Of a stretch of DNA of 64,000 nucleotides, positions 8,554 to 17,789 are shown one piece after another (the first letter of the stretch is position 1; each line of letters opens with the position of its first letter). The translations under genes and the position numbers were made by a program. The notes beneath the pieces were generated by a model. That model had not been told where the DNA came from and made no database searches. It saw only the letters and a list, made by a program, of their open reading frames with translations. This DNA comes from Deltaproteobacteria bacterium (GTDB lineage: Bacteria; Desulfobacterota; Binatia; Binatales; Binataceae), in the NCBI GenBank assembly GCA_021780755.1, contig JAJXYF010000014.1, positions 31,888-95,887 of the forward strand, given 5' to 3'.

Positions 8554-9756
8554 ATGAAGCCCGACGACAAGCCTCCGATTGACGCTACCGCACGCAAACC
8601 AATCGTACCCAATCGTCTGTATGCGCCCTACCTCGAAGCGTCGTGGGGCTTCAAGAACGCATGGTATCCGGCGCTTTTCAGCAGCGAAGTCGGCGAAAAT
8701 GAGGTCAAGGGCGTCACCATCGCGAGCCACGATATCGCGCTGCGCCGGGTGAAGGGGCGCGTGCACGCGATTCAGGATCGCTGTGCCCATCGCGGCGTCA
8801 AGATGTCGCTGCGGCCGACCTGCCTCACCGATGAAACCATCACCTGCTGGTATCACGGATTCACCTACGGGCTGAATGACGGCACCCTCAAGACCATCGT
8901 CGCGTCGCCCGACGATCCGCTGATTGGCCAGGTCCGCATCCGCACCTATCCGGTTGAGGAGCGCGCCGGAATCATCTTCGTTTTCGTCGGCGACGAGGAT
9001 TACGCGCCGGCGCCGCCGCTCACCGCCGACCTGCCGATTCAGATTACCGACGACGCGAATCCGGTCGCGCACATTCTCGATGCCCACGTTTACGTCCGCG
9101 GGATCCATCGCGAGGGCAACTCCAACTGGCGGATCGCGGTTGAAAACGGCTTCGACCCCGGCCATCTGCTGATTCATTGGGACAACGTCATCGTCGCGGC
9201 GACCGACCGGCGGATGGGCCTGGGCGCGCGCCCGATCGCCGAGGACGCGATCAAAATAATCGACGAGCCCAACGGTCCGCGCGGCATGATGAACATGTAC
9301 AACACGCGGGCGTACAAGTTCTTCATGGAAAACAAAGTTATCGGGATGAAGGCGCGCGGCAAGACGCCCTACTACGCGCGCACGTCGGTGTACCTGCCGG
9401 GGGTGCTGCTGGTCGAGCACTGGCCGGTGCCGGGATGGGCGCAATACGAATGGTACGTGCCGACCGACGACCGCCATCACGTTTATTGGGAGGTGCTGGT
9501 CGGTCATTGCCGCGACGACCAGGAGCGCCGCGAGGCGGACTATCTCTACGATCATTTTTTCGAGCCGCTGGCACTGCGCGATTTCAACGACAACGATGTT
9601 TTCGCGCGCGAGGCGATGCAGGATTTTTACGAGAATCGCGACGGCTGGAATGCCGAGACGCTGTGCGCGTTTGACGAATCGGTGATCATGTGGCGCAAGA
9701 TTGCGGCGCGCTTCAATCGCGGTATCCAGGACCCGCCGCATCGGCGCGGGCGCTGA
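8554..9756 (+). CDS. Rieske [2Fe-2S] non-heme iron oxygenase, alpha/catalytic subunit
   Basis: Rieske motif CAHRG...CWYHGF and mononuclear iron motif ENGFDPGHLLIHWDN. 400 aa. Confidence 0.85.
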   Translation: MKPDDKPPIDATARKPIVPNRLYAPYLEASWGFKNAWYPALFSSEVGENEVKGVTIASHDIALRRVKGRVHAIQDRCAHRGVKMSLRPTCLTDETITCWYHGFTYGLNDGTLKTIVASPDDPLIGQVRIRTYPVEERAGIIFVFVGDEDYAPAPPLTADLPIQITDDANPVAHILDAHVYVRGIHREGNSNWRIAVENGFDPGHLLIHWDNVIVAATDRRMGLGARPIAEDAIKIIDEPNGPRGMMNMYNTRAYKFFMENKVIGMKARGKTPYYARTSVYLPGVLLVEHWPVPGWAQYEWYVPTDDRHHVYWEVLVGHCRDDQERREADYLYDHFFEPLALRDFNDNDVFAREAMQDFYENRDGWNAETLCAFDESVIMWRKIAARFNRGIQDPPHRRGR

Positions 9757-9773
9757 CGCGGGAGACGTGGACG

Positions 9774-10850
9774 ATGGCGTCCGAGGAGCCCGGGGAAATC
9801 GAGCGCGCGGGCGTGCCGGTAACGTTGCGCTTCGAGGACGGCGTCGAGCAACGCATCGTGGTCGCGCGCGACGAGTTCGTGCTCGACGCGGCGCTGCGGC
9901 AGGGCATCCCGCTGGTCTATCAATGCCGCTCGGGGATTTGCTCGACCTGCGTTGCGACCGTGGTTGAGGGCGCCGTCGCGCCGGCGCCCGGTCGTGCGGT
10001 GGCGCTGCTCGCTTCCGAAATCGCCGCGGGACGCCGCCTGCTTTGCGTCTCGCACGCCCATGCGGCGAGCGTGATTCGCGAGCATTATCCCTCGACGCTG
10101 ATCGACCGACGGGATTCGCCGGAGGAGTTGGCGCAAGGTGAATCGGCGACGATTCGCGCGAACGTGGCGGCCGTCGAATGGCCCGGCGCGACGGTCGGGA
10201 AGCTTGCGATCGAAGTCGCGGACGGCGCCGGGTTCGATTTTCAGAGCGGCCAGTACGTGCGCATCAAGGTGCCGGGCACGGAGCAATGGCGCTCGTACTC
10301 GATGGCCACGACGCCGCGCGAATTGCCGCGGCTCGAATTTCTGGTGCGGATGATCGCGGGTGGCGCGATGTCGGAATATCTGACCCGGGCGAGAGTTGGC
10401 GACGCGCTCGAAGTCGAAGGCCCGCGCGGCGCGTTCGTGCTGCGCCCGCGGCGCGCATCGCATATTTTCATCGCCGGCGGCACCGGCCTTGCCCCGATTC
10501 TCTCGCTCATCGACGCGTTGCGTCGCCGCTCGGGGCCGCGCCCGCCGGCACTGCTCAGCTTCGGATGTTCCAGCGCGGAAGATTTCTTTTACCGCGACGA
10601 GATCGAAATCCGGCAATGGTGGATGCCGGAGTTGCGCGTGCGGTTGAGTGGCGGCCGCGCCGCGCGCGCCGCCTCGGGCCTGTTGCGCGGCAATCCGGTC
10701 GAGGCAATCGCGGTGGACGATATTGGTGGCGTCGAGACCGACGCTTACCTGTGCGGACCGCCGGCGATGATCGAAGCGGCGCGCCGTCATCTGGTCGGAC
10801 TCGGCCTGAATCCCGAGCGCATTTACGCGGAGCGCTTCGTCGCAAGCTGA
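9774..10850 (+). CDS. oxygenase reductase component: N-terminal plant-type 2Fe-2S ferredoxin fused to FAD/NAD(P)-binding FNR-like domain (BenC-type)
   Basis: CRSGICSTC...C ferredoxin cysteines, RSYSMA flavin motif, GGTGLAP NAD motif. ATG 9774 with GGGAGA SD; begins 18 bp after the oxygenase stop. Confidence 0.8.
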   Translation: MASEEPGEIERAGVPVTLRFEDGVEQRIVVARDEFVLDAALRQGIPLVYQCRSGICSTCVATVVEGAVAPAPGRAVALLASEIAAGRRLLCVSHAHAASVIREHYPSTLIDRRDSPEELAQGESATIRANVAAVEWPGATVGKLAIEVADGAGFDFQSGQYVRIKVPGTEQWRSYSMATTPRELPRLEFLVRMIAGGAMSEYLTRARVGDALEVEGPRGAFVLRPRRASHIFIAGGTGLAPILSLIDALRRRSGPRPPALLSFGCSSAEDFFYRDEIEIRQWWMPELRVRLSGGRAARAASGLLRGNPVEAIAVDDIGGVETDAYLCGPPAMIEAARRHLVGLGLNPERIYAERFVAS

Positions 10851-10874
10851 GCGGCGCCGCGGGAGAACCTACCG

Positions 10875-12209
10875 ATGCCAAGCGAGACGCGCCAACTTCC
10901 TCTCACCGCCGAACGCGAGCAATGGTACGCGGCGGCCTGCGCGCGACTCGACGCCGAACGCCTTAAGCGGCTGCTCATCGAACTGATCGATATACCGAGC
11001 CCGACCGGTGCGGAACGGGCGGCGAGCGAATTCGTGGCGGCGCGAATGCGCGAACGGCTCGGCGGGCGTGCGTGCTATCAGCCGATCAGCCCGGATACCG
11101 GCAACGCCGTCGGCGAAATTCGCGGTAGCGGCAACGGTGCGACGCTGCTGCTGTATGCGCCGATCGACACTCATCTGGAGGGTGATCCGGTGCGTGATCT
11201 GCCGTGGGCGGGACCCGTGATGCGCGCCGACATGATTGCGAAGGGCTACGCCGAGGGCGACCTGGTAATCGGACTCGGTGCCGCCAACCCCAAGGCGATG
11301 GTGGCGACGCTGATCGAAATCGCGAACGCCCTGAAGGAGGCGGAGGTCCCGCTCACCGGCGATCTGCAAGTTGGATTCGCGGGCGGCGGGATGCCGGTCA
11401 ACATTGCCGAGCGCCGCAACTACGGCATGAGCGATGGCGTCTATCATCTGCTCACGCGCGGCGTGGCCCCGGACTTCGCGATCATCATGAAGCCGGTTCC
11501 ACGCGTGTACTGCGAGGAGCCCGGCATGTGCTGGTTCAAGGTCGTGGTGCGCGGGACGCTGGGCTACGCGGGAATTGCGCGCGGCACCCCGGGTTATCGC
11601 GCATCGATTGTGCCGGCGGCGCGGCTGATCGAGGAAATCGAGGCGTGGATTCCGACCTACACGGCGCTCAGCACGGCGGGAGAAATCGCACCCGAGGGTC
11701 ACCTCGCGGCGGTGCGCGCCGGATGGCCCGAGAAGCCGGCGTTTCCCTCGGCCATCACAGAAATTTACGTCGATCTGCGTTGCAATCCGCGTACTTCGCC
11801 GGCCGCGGTAAAGGCGCAGTTCGCGGCGGCGCTCGGCGCGATTCGCGCGCGGCATCCGGAGATCGATTTCGACTTTGAGATGATCGGGGCGTGCCCGGGC
11901 GGCATGACCGATCCGGCGAACTGGATAATTCAGTCCGCGCGCCGCGGCTGGGAACGCGTGCATCAGCGGGCGCATGGCGATCCGCCGAAACTTGGCGGAC
12001 AGACCGATGGCGCGCTGATCCGGCGCCTCGGAATCCCCTGTGCGCGAATCGGATTTCCGTCGCCGCCGAAGCGCTGCCCGGCGGAATTTCGCGAAGGGCT
12101 CGGCGGGATGGGGGTGGTCTCGATCGCGGACCTGGTCAAGACCGCGCGCGCGATAATCTACGCGGTCGTCGATACGCTGACGCGTCCGCGCAACGAACTC
12201 GGGCTGTAA
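10875..12209 (+). CDS. M20-family metallopeptidase / deacylase (ArgE/DapE/ACY1 family)
   Basis: M20 pattern (IDIPSPTGAE..., HxDT-like APIDTHL, dimerisation domain). 444 aa. Same strand, 24 bp after the reductase. Confidence 0.75.
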   Translation: MPSETRQLPLTAEREQWYAAACARLDAERLKRLLIELIDIPSPTGAERAASEFVAARMRERLGGRACYQPISPDTGNAVGEIRGSGNGATLLLYAPIDTHLEGDPVRDLPWAGPVMRADMIAKGYAEGDLVIGLGAANPKAMVATLIEIANALKEAEVPLTGDLQVGFAGGGMPVNIAERRNYGMSDGVYHLLTRGVAPDFAIIMKPVPRVYCEEPGMCWFKVVVRGTLGYAGIARGTPGYRASIVPAARLIEEIEAWIPTYTALSTAGEIAPEGHLAAVRAGWPEKPAFPSAITEIYVDLRCNPRTSPAAVKAQFAAALGAIRARHPEIDFDFEMIGACPGGMTDPANWIIQSARRGWERVHQRAHGDPPKLGGQTDGALIRRLGIPCARIGFPSPPKRCPAEFREGLGGMGVVSIADLVKTARAIIYAVVDTLTRPRNELGL

Positions 12210-12255
12210 CCAGGTGCGCCCGCAAACCGGGCCCGCGAGATGCGCAGGAGTTCCG

Positions 12256-13455
12256 CTAGATGACCTTCTGCGCGCGAAGTTGCGCGATGCGCGCGGCGTC
12301 GTAACCGAGCAGCGCTTCGAGCACGCTCGCAGTGTGTTCACCCAAATCGGGCGAACGCGTATCGGGAACGCTCTCGACGCCGGCCGTTTTGAGCGGCGAC
12401 CCCGGCACGATCAGTTGGTCGAAGGTCGGATGCGCCGCGTGGAGAATCATCTGGCGCTGTTCGAGATGGGGATTGTGCGCGACCTCGGCGACGGTCGCGA
12501 TCGGTGCGCTCGGGACATTGGCGAGTTCGAGCAGTTCGAGCCAGTGCGCGCGCGTGTCGGTTTCGAAATGGCGCTGCAGGAGTGGATCGAGCAGCGCATG
12601 ATTGGCGGTGCGATCGGCGTTGGTCAGAAAGCGCGGGTCGCGCTGCAGATCGCCCATCCCGATCGCGTCGCAGAAGCGCTGCCAGATCGCTTCGTTGCCG
12701 CAACCCGCGACGAAAAAACCGTCGGCGGCGCGAAAATGCTGGAACGGAGTGATCGACGGATGACGCGAACCGATCGGGCCGGGCACCTTGCCGGTGGCGG
12801 AGAACCGGGCGAGCGCGTCCTCGAGCCAGGCGACCTGGCAATCGAGCATCGCGATATCGAGATGGCGGCCGGCACCGCTCAGGTCGCGCTCGCGCAGTGC
12901 GGCGAGAATCGCGATGACGCCGTAAAGGGCCGCCGCGAGATCGCCGATCGAAACACCGCAACGGGTCGGCTCGCCGCCGGCCGGTCCCGTTATGCTCATG
13001 GTGCCGCCGAGCGCCTGCGCGACGATGTCATAGGCAGGCGCCGCGGCCATCGGGCCGGTCTGCCCGAAGCCCGAGATCGAGCAGAGGATGAGCCGCGGAT
13101 TGGCCGCGCGCAGCCGGTCCCATCCGAGCTGGAAACGATCCATCGTGCCGGGCGAGAAATTCTCCACCATCACGTCGCAATGGCGGACGAGGTCGAGCAG
13201 AATATCGGCGCCCTCGGGTTTGCGCAGGTCGAGGGTGACGCTGCGCTTGCCGCGATTGACGCTGTAGTAGTAGCCGGAGTCGGTCGAGTTGGGAATGCGC
13301 GGGGCGTAACCGCGCGAATCGTCGCCGCGGCCGGGCACCTCGATTTTGATCACGTCGGCGCCGAGGTCGGCCAGATTCATCGCGCAGAAGGGACCCGCGA
13401 GCACGCGGCTCAAGTCGAGCACACGGATTCCGCGCAGCGGCTTTTGATCGATCAT
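12256..13455 (-). CDS. CoA-transferase family III (CaiB/BaiF) protein
   Basis: N-terminal LRGIRVLDLSRVLAGPFCAMNLADLGADVIKIE is a hallmark of the family. 399 aa. Confidence 0.85.
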   Translation of the reverse strand: MIDQKPLRGIRVLDLSRVLAGPFCAMNLADLGADVIKIEVPGRGDDSRGYAPRIPNSTDSGYYYSVNRGKRSVTLDLRKPEGADILLDLVRHCDVMVENFSPGTMDRFQLGWDRLRAANPRLILCSISGFGQTGPMAAAPAYDIVAQALGGTMSITGPAGGEPTRCGVSIGDLAAALYGVIAILAALRERDLSGAGRHLDIAMLDCQVAWLEDALARFSATGKVPGPIGSRHPSITPFQHFRAADGFFVAGCGNEAIWQRFCDAIGMGDLQRDPRFLTNADRTANHALLDPLLQRHFETDTRAHWLELLELANVPSAPIATVAEVAHNPHLEQRQMILHAAHPTFDQLIVPGSPLKTAGVESVPDTRSPDLGEHTASVLEALLGYDAARIAQLRAQKVI

Positions 13456-13494
13456 TGGACTGATTTTTCCGGTGATGAATTTCCGCGCGGCCCG

Positions 13495-14709
13495 CTAGCG
13501 CCGCCGCTGCCGGGCGCGGGCCGCCTGCTGGGCGCGCATCGCTTCGGCCGGGGTCATGATGAGGCGCGGCTCTTCGCGCTGATGCTGTTCCTCCTCGGCG
13601 ATAATCGCGCCGAGTTGTGCGCGCATGAAGGCCTGGAAAAACGCCCCGCGCTTCAAGTCCGCACCGTCGCGCAGGCGCGCCGCGGCGGCCGCCGCCCACG
13701 CCGCCTGCGGCCGGCGTCCGGTGCGTGCGAAGTAATACGCGGTGTCCTCCAGATGGCGACGCAGGCGCGTACCGATTTCACCCGCAAGCAACTCCGCGAT
13801 GGCGCGCTCGACGACGGTGGCCACGCGATCTTCCTGCTGCACGCGGCTCAGCACGATCACGCTGTTGCGCAGGCCCGCGATCTCGTCCGCATAGGGTTTT
13901 ACGATCGCCGGCGCGATCGGCCATGCGGCGATTTCCGGCTCCTGCATCAGATCGGCCGATGGCTCGTGCGTCAGTTCGGCGGCAAATTCGTCGTAAACCG
14001 GATGACTGAGATCGATCGGCGGCGACTGCGCGATCAGTTCGGTGCGAAGCGCGAAGAAATTGCCGACCTCGCCACGATGCGACTCGGGCGTGCGGCGCCA
14101 GGCGTCGCACAAGATGAAGTCGGCGACGCGCCAATCGGCGTCGATCAGCGAAACTCCGGCGCGCCGTTCGAGGTCCGCGCGCTCATGGCGCAGCTCTTTT
14201 CGCGTGAGTGGGGCGAGCGTGATGCCGAACAGACCGTCGCGCTCCGAGACCAGGCCCCACAAGCGCTTCAGCCCCGCGCCCGGGCGCGCCTTGACGATCC
14301 AGACGACGCGCGCGCCGTCGGCGTCGGCGGGCGAGAGCAGGGCGCTCAGGCCGATTTCAGGCGCTTGCGCGGCAGCGGTCGGAACGTCGCGCGCGGGCAA
14401 CTCAGCGAGCGGCCCCTCGATGCCGCGCTGGCGCAGCTTGAACAGCGCGCGGCGAAGCTCGCGGCGGAGCCCACCGGCCGCGCGCGTCTCCATCCGCATG
14501 AGCATCGCGGCGGACTCCGGAGTGGCGATGCTCGTGAGCGCGCGCACCAGCGCGGCGTCGGTGACGCCGGATGCGCCGCGCAAGGCCGTGAGCTTTGCGA
14601 TCGCGTCGGCCGGCGGCGCCGCCGGATCGAAGCCCGCTTCGCGCAGCTTCGCGTCTTCACCCGCGATATCCTTCGGAGAGGTTTCCTTTACGCTAGCCAT
14701 CTTCACCAA
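13495..14709 (-). CDS. hypothetical protein (Ala/Arg-rich, no recognised domain)
   Basis: 404-aa ORF with good coding periodicity on the minus strand, co-directional with the CoA-transferase. The antisense 878-aa ORF 12214..14850 is a GC artefact. Confidence 0.5.
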   Translation of the reverse strand: MVKMASVKETSPKDIAGEDAKLREAGFDPAAPPADAIAKLTALRGASGVTDAALVRALTSIATPESAAMLMRMETRAAGGLRRELRRALFKLRQRGIEGPLAELPARDVPTAAAQAPEIGLSALLSPADADGARVVWIVKARPGAGLKRLWGLVSERDGLFGITLAPLTRKELRHERADLERRAGVSLIDADWRVADFILCDAWRRTPESHRGEVGNFFALRTELIAQSPPIDLSHPVYDEFAAELTHEPSADLMQEPEIAAWPIAPAIVKPYADEIAGLRNSVIVLSRVQQEDRVATVVERAIAELLAGEIGTRLRRHLEDTAYYFARTGRRPQAAWAAAAAARLRDGADLKRGAFFQAFMRAQLGAIIAEEEQHQREEPRLIMTPAEAMRAQQAARARQRRR

Positions 14710-14853
14710 GCATCGTGTGCGGTTCCAAATCGATCACGAATCGTGCGAGCCTATTGGCCGGTTTCCGCGGCTGTCAAGCTGCGTCACGGGTACGTGGGAG
14801 CGCTTGCGACACCCCGCCGCGCGGCCGAAATCAATTTCGCAGGAGCCTGAGCG

Positions 14854-15360
14854 ATGCGCAACCTGGAGGCGAAATTCCGCGTCGATGACGCCGCGTTGGC
14901 GTGCCGGCGCGCCGAAGCGCTGGGTTTCTCGATGGGTGCGCCGCTCGAACAGCGCGACACCTTCTTTCGCGTCACATCCGGCAAGCTCAAGTTGCGCGAA
15001 GAGGCGCAGCGTGCCGCGCTAATTCATTACGGCCGCACAAATGAGGGAGCGCTCGAGGTGAGCGACTATGAAATCGTGCCGGTGGCCAATCCCGGTCCGC
15101 TGCGCGAGATGCTGAGCGCCGCACTCGGGGTGCTGGCCGAAGTTCGCAAGCAGCGCACGCTCCTGCTGCGCCGCAACCTCCGCTTGCATCTGGACCAGGT
15201 TGAAGGGCTGGGATCTTTTGGTGAAATCGAGGCGGTGGTTGCCACCGATGAGACCCCCGAGCTTTATCGCGTCGAGGTTGACGAGCTGCTCGGCGCTCTA
15301 CGAATCGACTCTCACAGATTGATTTATAAATCCTACTTCGAGTTACTGAATGGCGGATGA
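14854..15360 (+). CDS. CYTH-domain protein (class IV adenylate cyclase / triphosphatase CyaB-like)
   Basis: 168 aa. The N-terminal MRNLEAKFRV pattern and length are typical of CyaB/CYTH proteins. Confidence 0.7.
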   Translation: MRNLEAKFRVDDAALACRRAEALGFSMGAPLEQRDTFFRVTSGKLKLREEAQRAALIHYGRTNEGALEVSDYEIVPVANPGPLREMLSAALGVLAEVRKQRTLLLRRNLRLHLDQVEGLGSFGEIEAVVATDETPELYRVEVDELLGALRIDSHRLIYKSYFELLNGG

Positions 15361-15965
15361 TCCGCGGGCGCTTTTGCGATGAGCTGCAGGAACGTAAGGG
15401 TGAGCGAGTATGTCAGTCCCCAGATCACCTGCCCGGCATAGAGGATCGCCGGGTAATCGCCGGAGGCGCCGTTGCGCTTCCATCGATATGAGCCGCGAAA
15501 GCGCGGATCGCTCAGCGCCTGGAGCGGCACGTGGAAGATTTCGGCGACCTCCTTCGGGTCGGGCCGCAGTTCGTGAGCGCCCTCGATCACGCCGACGAAC
15601 GGGGTCACCGCGATATCGGTCGCGTTGGTGCGACGGCCGGGGAAGGTGCCGAGCACGCGCACCTGATGCGGCTCGATGCCGACCTCCTCATGGGTTTCGC
15701 GCAGCGCCGCGGCAAGCAGGTCGGTGTCGCGGCGATCGAAGCGTCCGCCGGGGAAAGCGACCTGGCCGGTGTGGCTCGCGAGGCGATCGGATCGGCGCGT
15801 GTAGAGCACTTCGAGGGCGCCCTCGCGATGGATCAGGGGGACCAGCACGGCGGCCGATTTTTTGTCGCCGGGCGCGGGCAGCGGAACCGACTCGACCGGC
15901 CCGAGCTTGCGCCGCAGGCTTTCGAGGTAGTCGCGGATATTCGGGATTTCGCCGGCTTCATGCAT
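15333..15965 (-). CDS. NUDIX hydrolase, CoA pyrophosphatase (NudL-like)
   Basis: NUDIX box GGRFDRRDTDLLAAALRETHEEVGI, and upstream VLVPL...LYTRR motif typical of CoA pyrophosphatases. ATG at 15965 chosen because the longer GTG start (16055) would overlap the thiI start. Confidence 0.75.
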   Translation of the reverse strand: MHEAGEIPNIRDYLESLRRKLGPVESVPLPAPGDKKSAAVLVPLIHREGALEVLYTRRSDRLASHTGQVAFPGGRFDRRDTDLLAAALRETHEEVGIEPHQVRVLGTFPGRRTNATDIAVTPFVGVIEGAHELRPDPKEVAEIFHVPLQALSDPRFRGSYRWKRNGASGDYPAILYAGQVIWGLTYSLTLTFLQLIAKAPADHPPFSNSK

Positions 15966-16047
15966 CGGTAGGTCGCGGAGGACTCGAACGATAATCGCGC
16001 CGCGCCTCTTCCAGCGCAAGTCCAATGCTGGCAATTTGAATTGCCTG

Positions 16048-17289
16048 ATGTCCACTGATCAACAACCGTCGGCCTCCGACGCTGCCGCGAATCGTAGTCC
16101 GGGGTTGCCGGCGCGGCGCTATCTGATCGGCCGTTACCATGAAATCGTGCTCAAAGGGGGCAATCGCTGGCGCTTCGTCGAGCAGTTGAAACGCAACGCG
16201 CGTGCGCTGTTCGCGGATTGCCGGATCGGGCGCATTCGTGGCGAAGGTCCGCGACTGATCATTGAGATCCCCGCCGCGGTCCCGGACGACGTGGTGCACG
16301 AACGCGCGGCGCTGCTGTTTGGATTTCAGAATTTTACGATCAGCCGGCCGGTGCCGCTGGTGATCGAGGAACTGAAACGCGCGGCGGTGGCGGCGGCCCG
16401 CAGTCGTGGCGCGAAGACCTTTCGGATTGCGACGCGCCGCGCGGACAAGCGCTTCGCGCTCAATTCGATGGAGATCGATCGCCTTGTGGGCGCGGAGGTC
16501 GGCGCGGCGCTCGGGCTCAAGGTAGACCTGAACCATCCCGAGCTGACGATCACGATCGAAATTCTGCCCGACAGCGCTTTCATGGCGGTGGGTAAACATC
16601 CGGGCGCCGGCGGTCTGCCGGTGGGAGTCAGCGGCCGGGCAACGGTGCTACTCTCCGGCGGCATCGACTCGCCGGTCGCGGCGTACCGCATGATGCGCCG
16701 CGGACTGCACGTGGACTTCGTGCACTTTCACAGCCATCCGCTGGTTTCATCGGCGAGCCGCGAAAAGGCGCAGGAGCTGGCCGCTCATCTGACCCGCTAC
16801 GAAGCGCGCGCGACGCTGGCGCTGGTTCCGTTTGCGGACGTGCAGCGCGAAATCGTCGCGCGGACCTTGCGCCCGCTGCGCGTGGTGCTCTACCGCCGCT
16901 TCATGTTGCGCATCGCAAGCGCGATCGCGATCCAAAGCGGTAGCGCGGCGCTGGTCACCGGCGAGAGCCTGGGCCAGGTCGCATCGCAGACGCTGGAGAA
17001 CATGACGGTGATCGAAAAGGCGGCGGCGCTGCCGATCCTGCGGCCGCTGGTGGGGATGGACAAGAACGAGATTATCGTCGAGGCGCGCCGGCTGGGCACC
17101 TTCGAGACTTCGATACTGCCGGACCAGGATTGCTGCTCGCTGTTCGTGCCGGCGCATCCGGAAACCCACGCGCGTCTGCACGAGGTGCTGGCGGCCGAAG
17201 CGCAATTCGATCTCGACGCGATGGTGGCCGCGACGGTTGCGAAGACCGAATTCCTGCGCCTCGAGTTTCCGCGGATCACGGCGCATTAA
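16048..17289 (+). CDS. thiI: tRNA 4-thiouridine synthase / sulfurtransferase ThiI
   Basis: THUMP-like N-terminal domain and PP-loop SGGIDSPVAAY. ATG at 16048 preferred over the TTG at 16036. Confidence 0.85.
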   Translation: MSTDQQPSASDAAANRSPGLPARRYLIGRYHEIVLKGGNRWRFVEQLKRNARALFADCRIGRIRGEGPRLIIEIPAAVPDDVVHERAALLFGFQNFTISRPVPLVIEELKRAAVAAARSRGAKTFRIATRRADKRFALNSMEIDRLVGAEVGAALGLKVDLNHPELTITIEILPDSAFMAVGKHPGAGGLPVGVSGRATVLLSGGIDSPVAAYRMMRRGLHVDFVHFHSHPLVSSASREKAQELAAHLTRYEARATLALVPFADVQREIVARTLRPLRVVLYRRFMLRIASAIAIQSGSAALVTGESLGQVASQTLENMTVIEKAAALPILRPLVGMDKNEIIVEARRLGTFETSILPDQDCCSLFVPAHPETHARLHEVLAAEAQFDLDAMVAATVAKTEFLRLEFPRITAH

Positions 17290-17384
17290 GCCATGCGCGT
17301 GACCTTCGCGTGAATGACGCGCATCCGGGGGTAGGGCGTCGAGAGCACTCGCCGCCGCCGCGCGCATAATGGAGAATACTGGTC

Positions 17385-17789
17385 GTGGACGCAGCATTTA
17401 AAATCCGCGAGATCGATCACGTGGTCCTCAGATGCCGCGATCAGGCGCGCATGCTTGATTTTTACACGCGCATAATCGGGCTGGCGGAAGAGCGGCGCAT
17501 CGAGCAGATCGGACTGATTCAGCTCCGCGCGGGCGCCAGCATGATCGACCTGGTGCCGGCAACGGATCCGCGCGTCGAGAGCGGGTTGAACGTCGATCAT
17601 TTTTGTCTGGGCGTCGAAATCGCCGATCTTGGTGACGCGATCCGCTACCTTCGCGCGCAGGCGGTGGAAATCATCGACGAGCCGGTAATGCGCTATGGCG
17701 CGCGCGGGATGGGGCTCTCGATCTACCTGCGCGATCCCGAGGGCAACGTGGTCGAGTTGAAGCAGATGCCGTGCGCGGGGTCCGCCTGA
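17385..17789 (+). CDS. VOC (glyoxalase/bleomycin-resistance/dioxygenase) family protein
   Basis: 134 aa, paired beta-alpha-beta-beta-beta modules (IDHVVLRCRD..., HFCLGVE..., GNVVEL). GTG start with GGAG upstream. Confidence 0.75.
   Translation: MDAAFKIREIDHVVLRCRDQARMLDFYTRIIGLAEERRIEQIGLIQLRAGASMIDLVPATDPRVESGLNVDHFCLGVEIADLGDAIRYLRAQAVEIIDEPVMRYGARGMGLSIYLRDPEGNVVELKQMPCAGSA

Noticed and set aside
12214-14850. 878-aa ORF on the plus strand spanning the CoA-transferase and hypothetical genes
   Set aside because: Antisense to two well-supported minus-strand genes (CoA-transferase III motifs present). Long spurious ORFs are expected in 65-70% GC DNA. Composition is Arg/Ala/Gly-dominated with no motifs.
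14854-15965. 28-bp convergent overlap between the CYTH and NUDIX genes as a possible antisense regulatory arrangement
   Set aside because: Short 3-prime overlaps of convergent genes are common in compact high-GC genomes. The true NUDIX stop and CYTH stop are both well defined. No further evidence.
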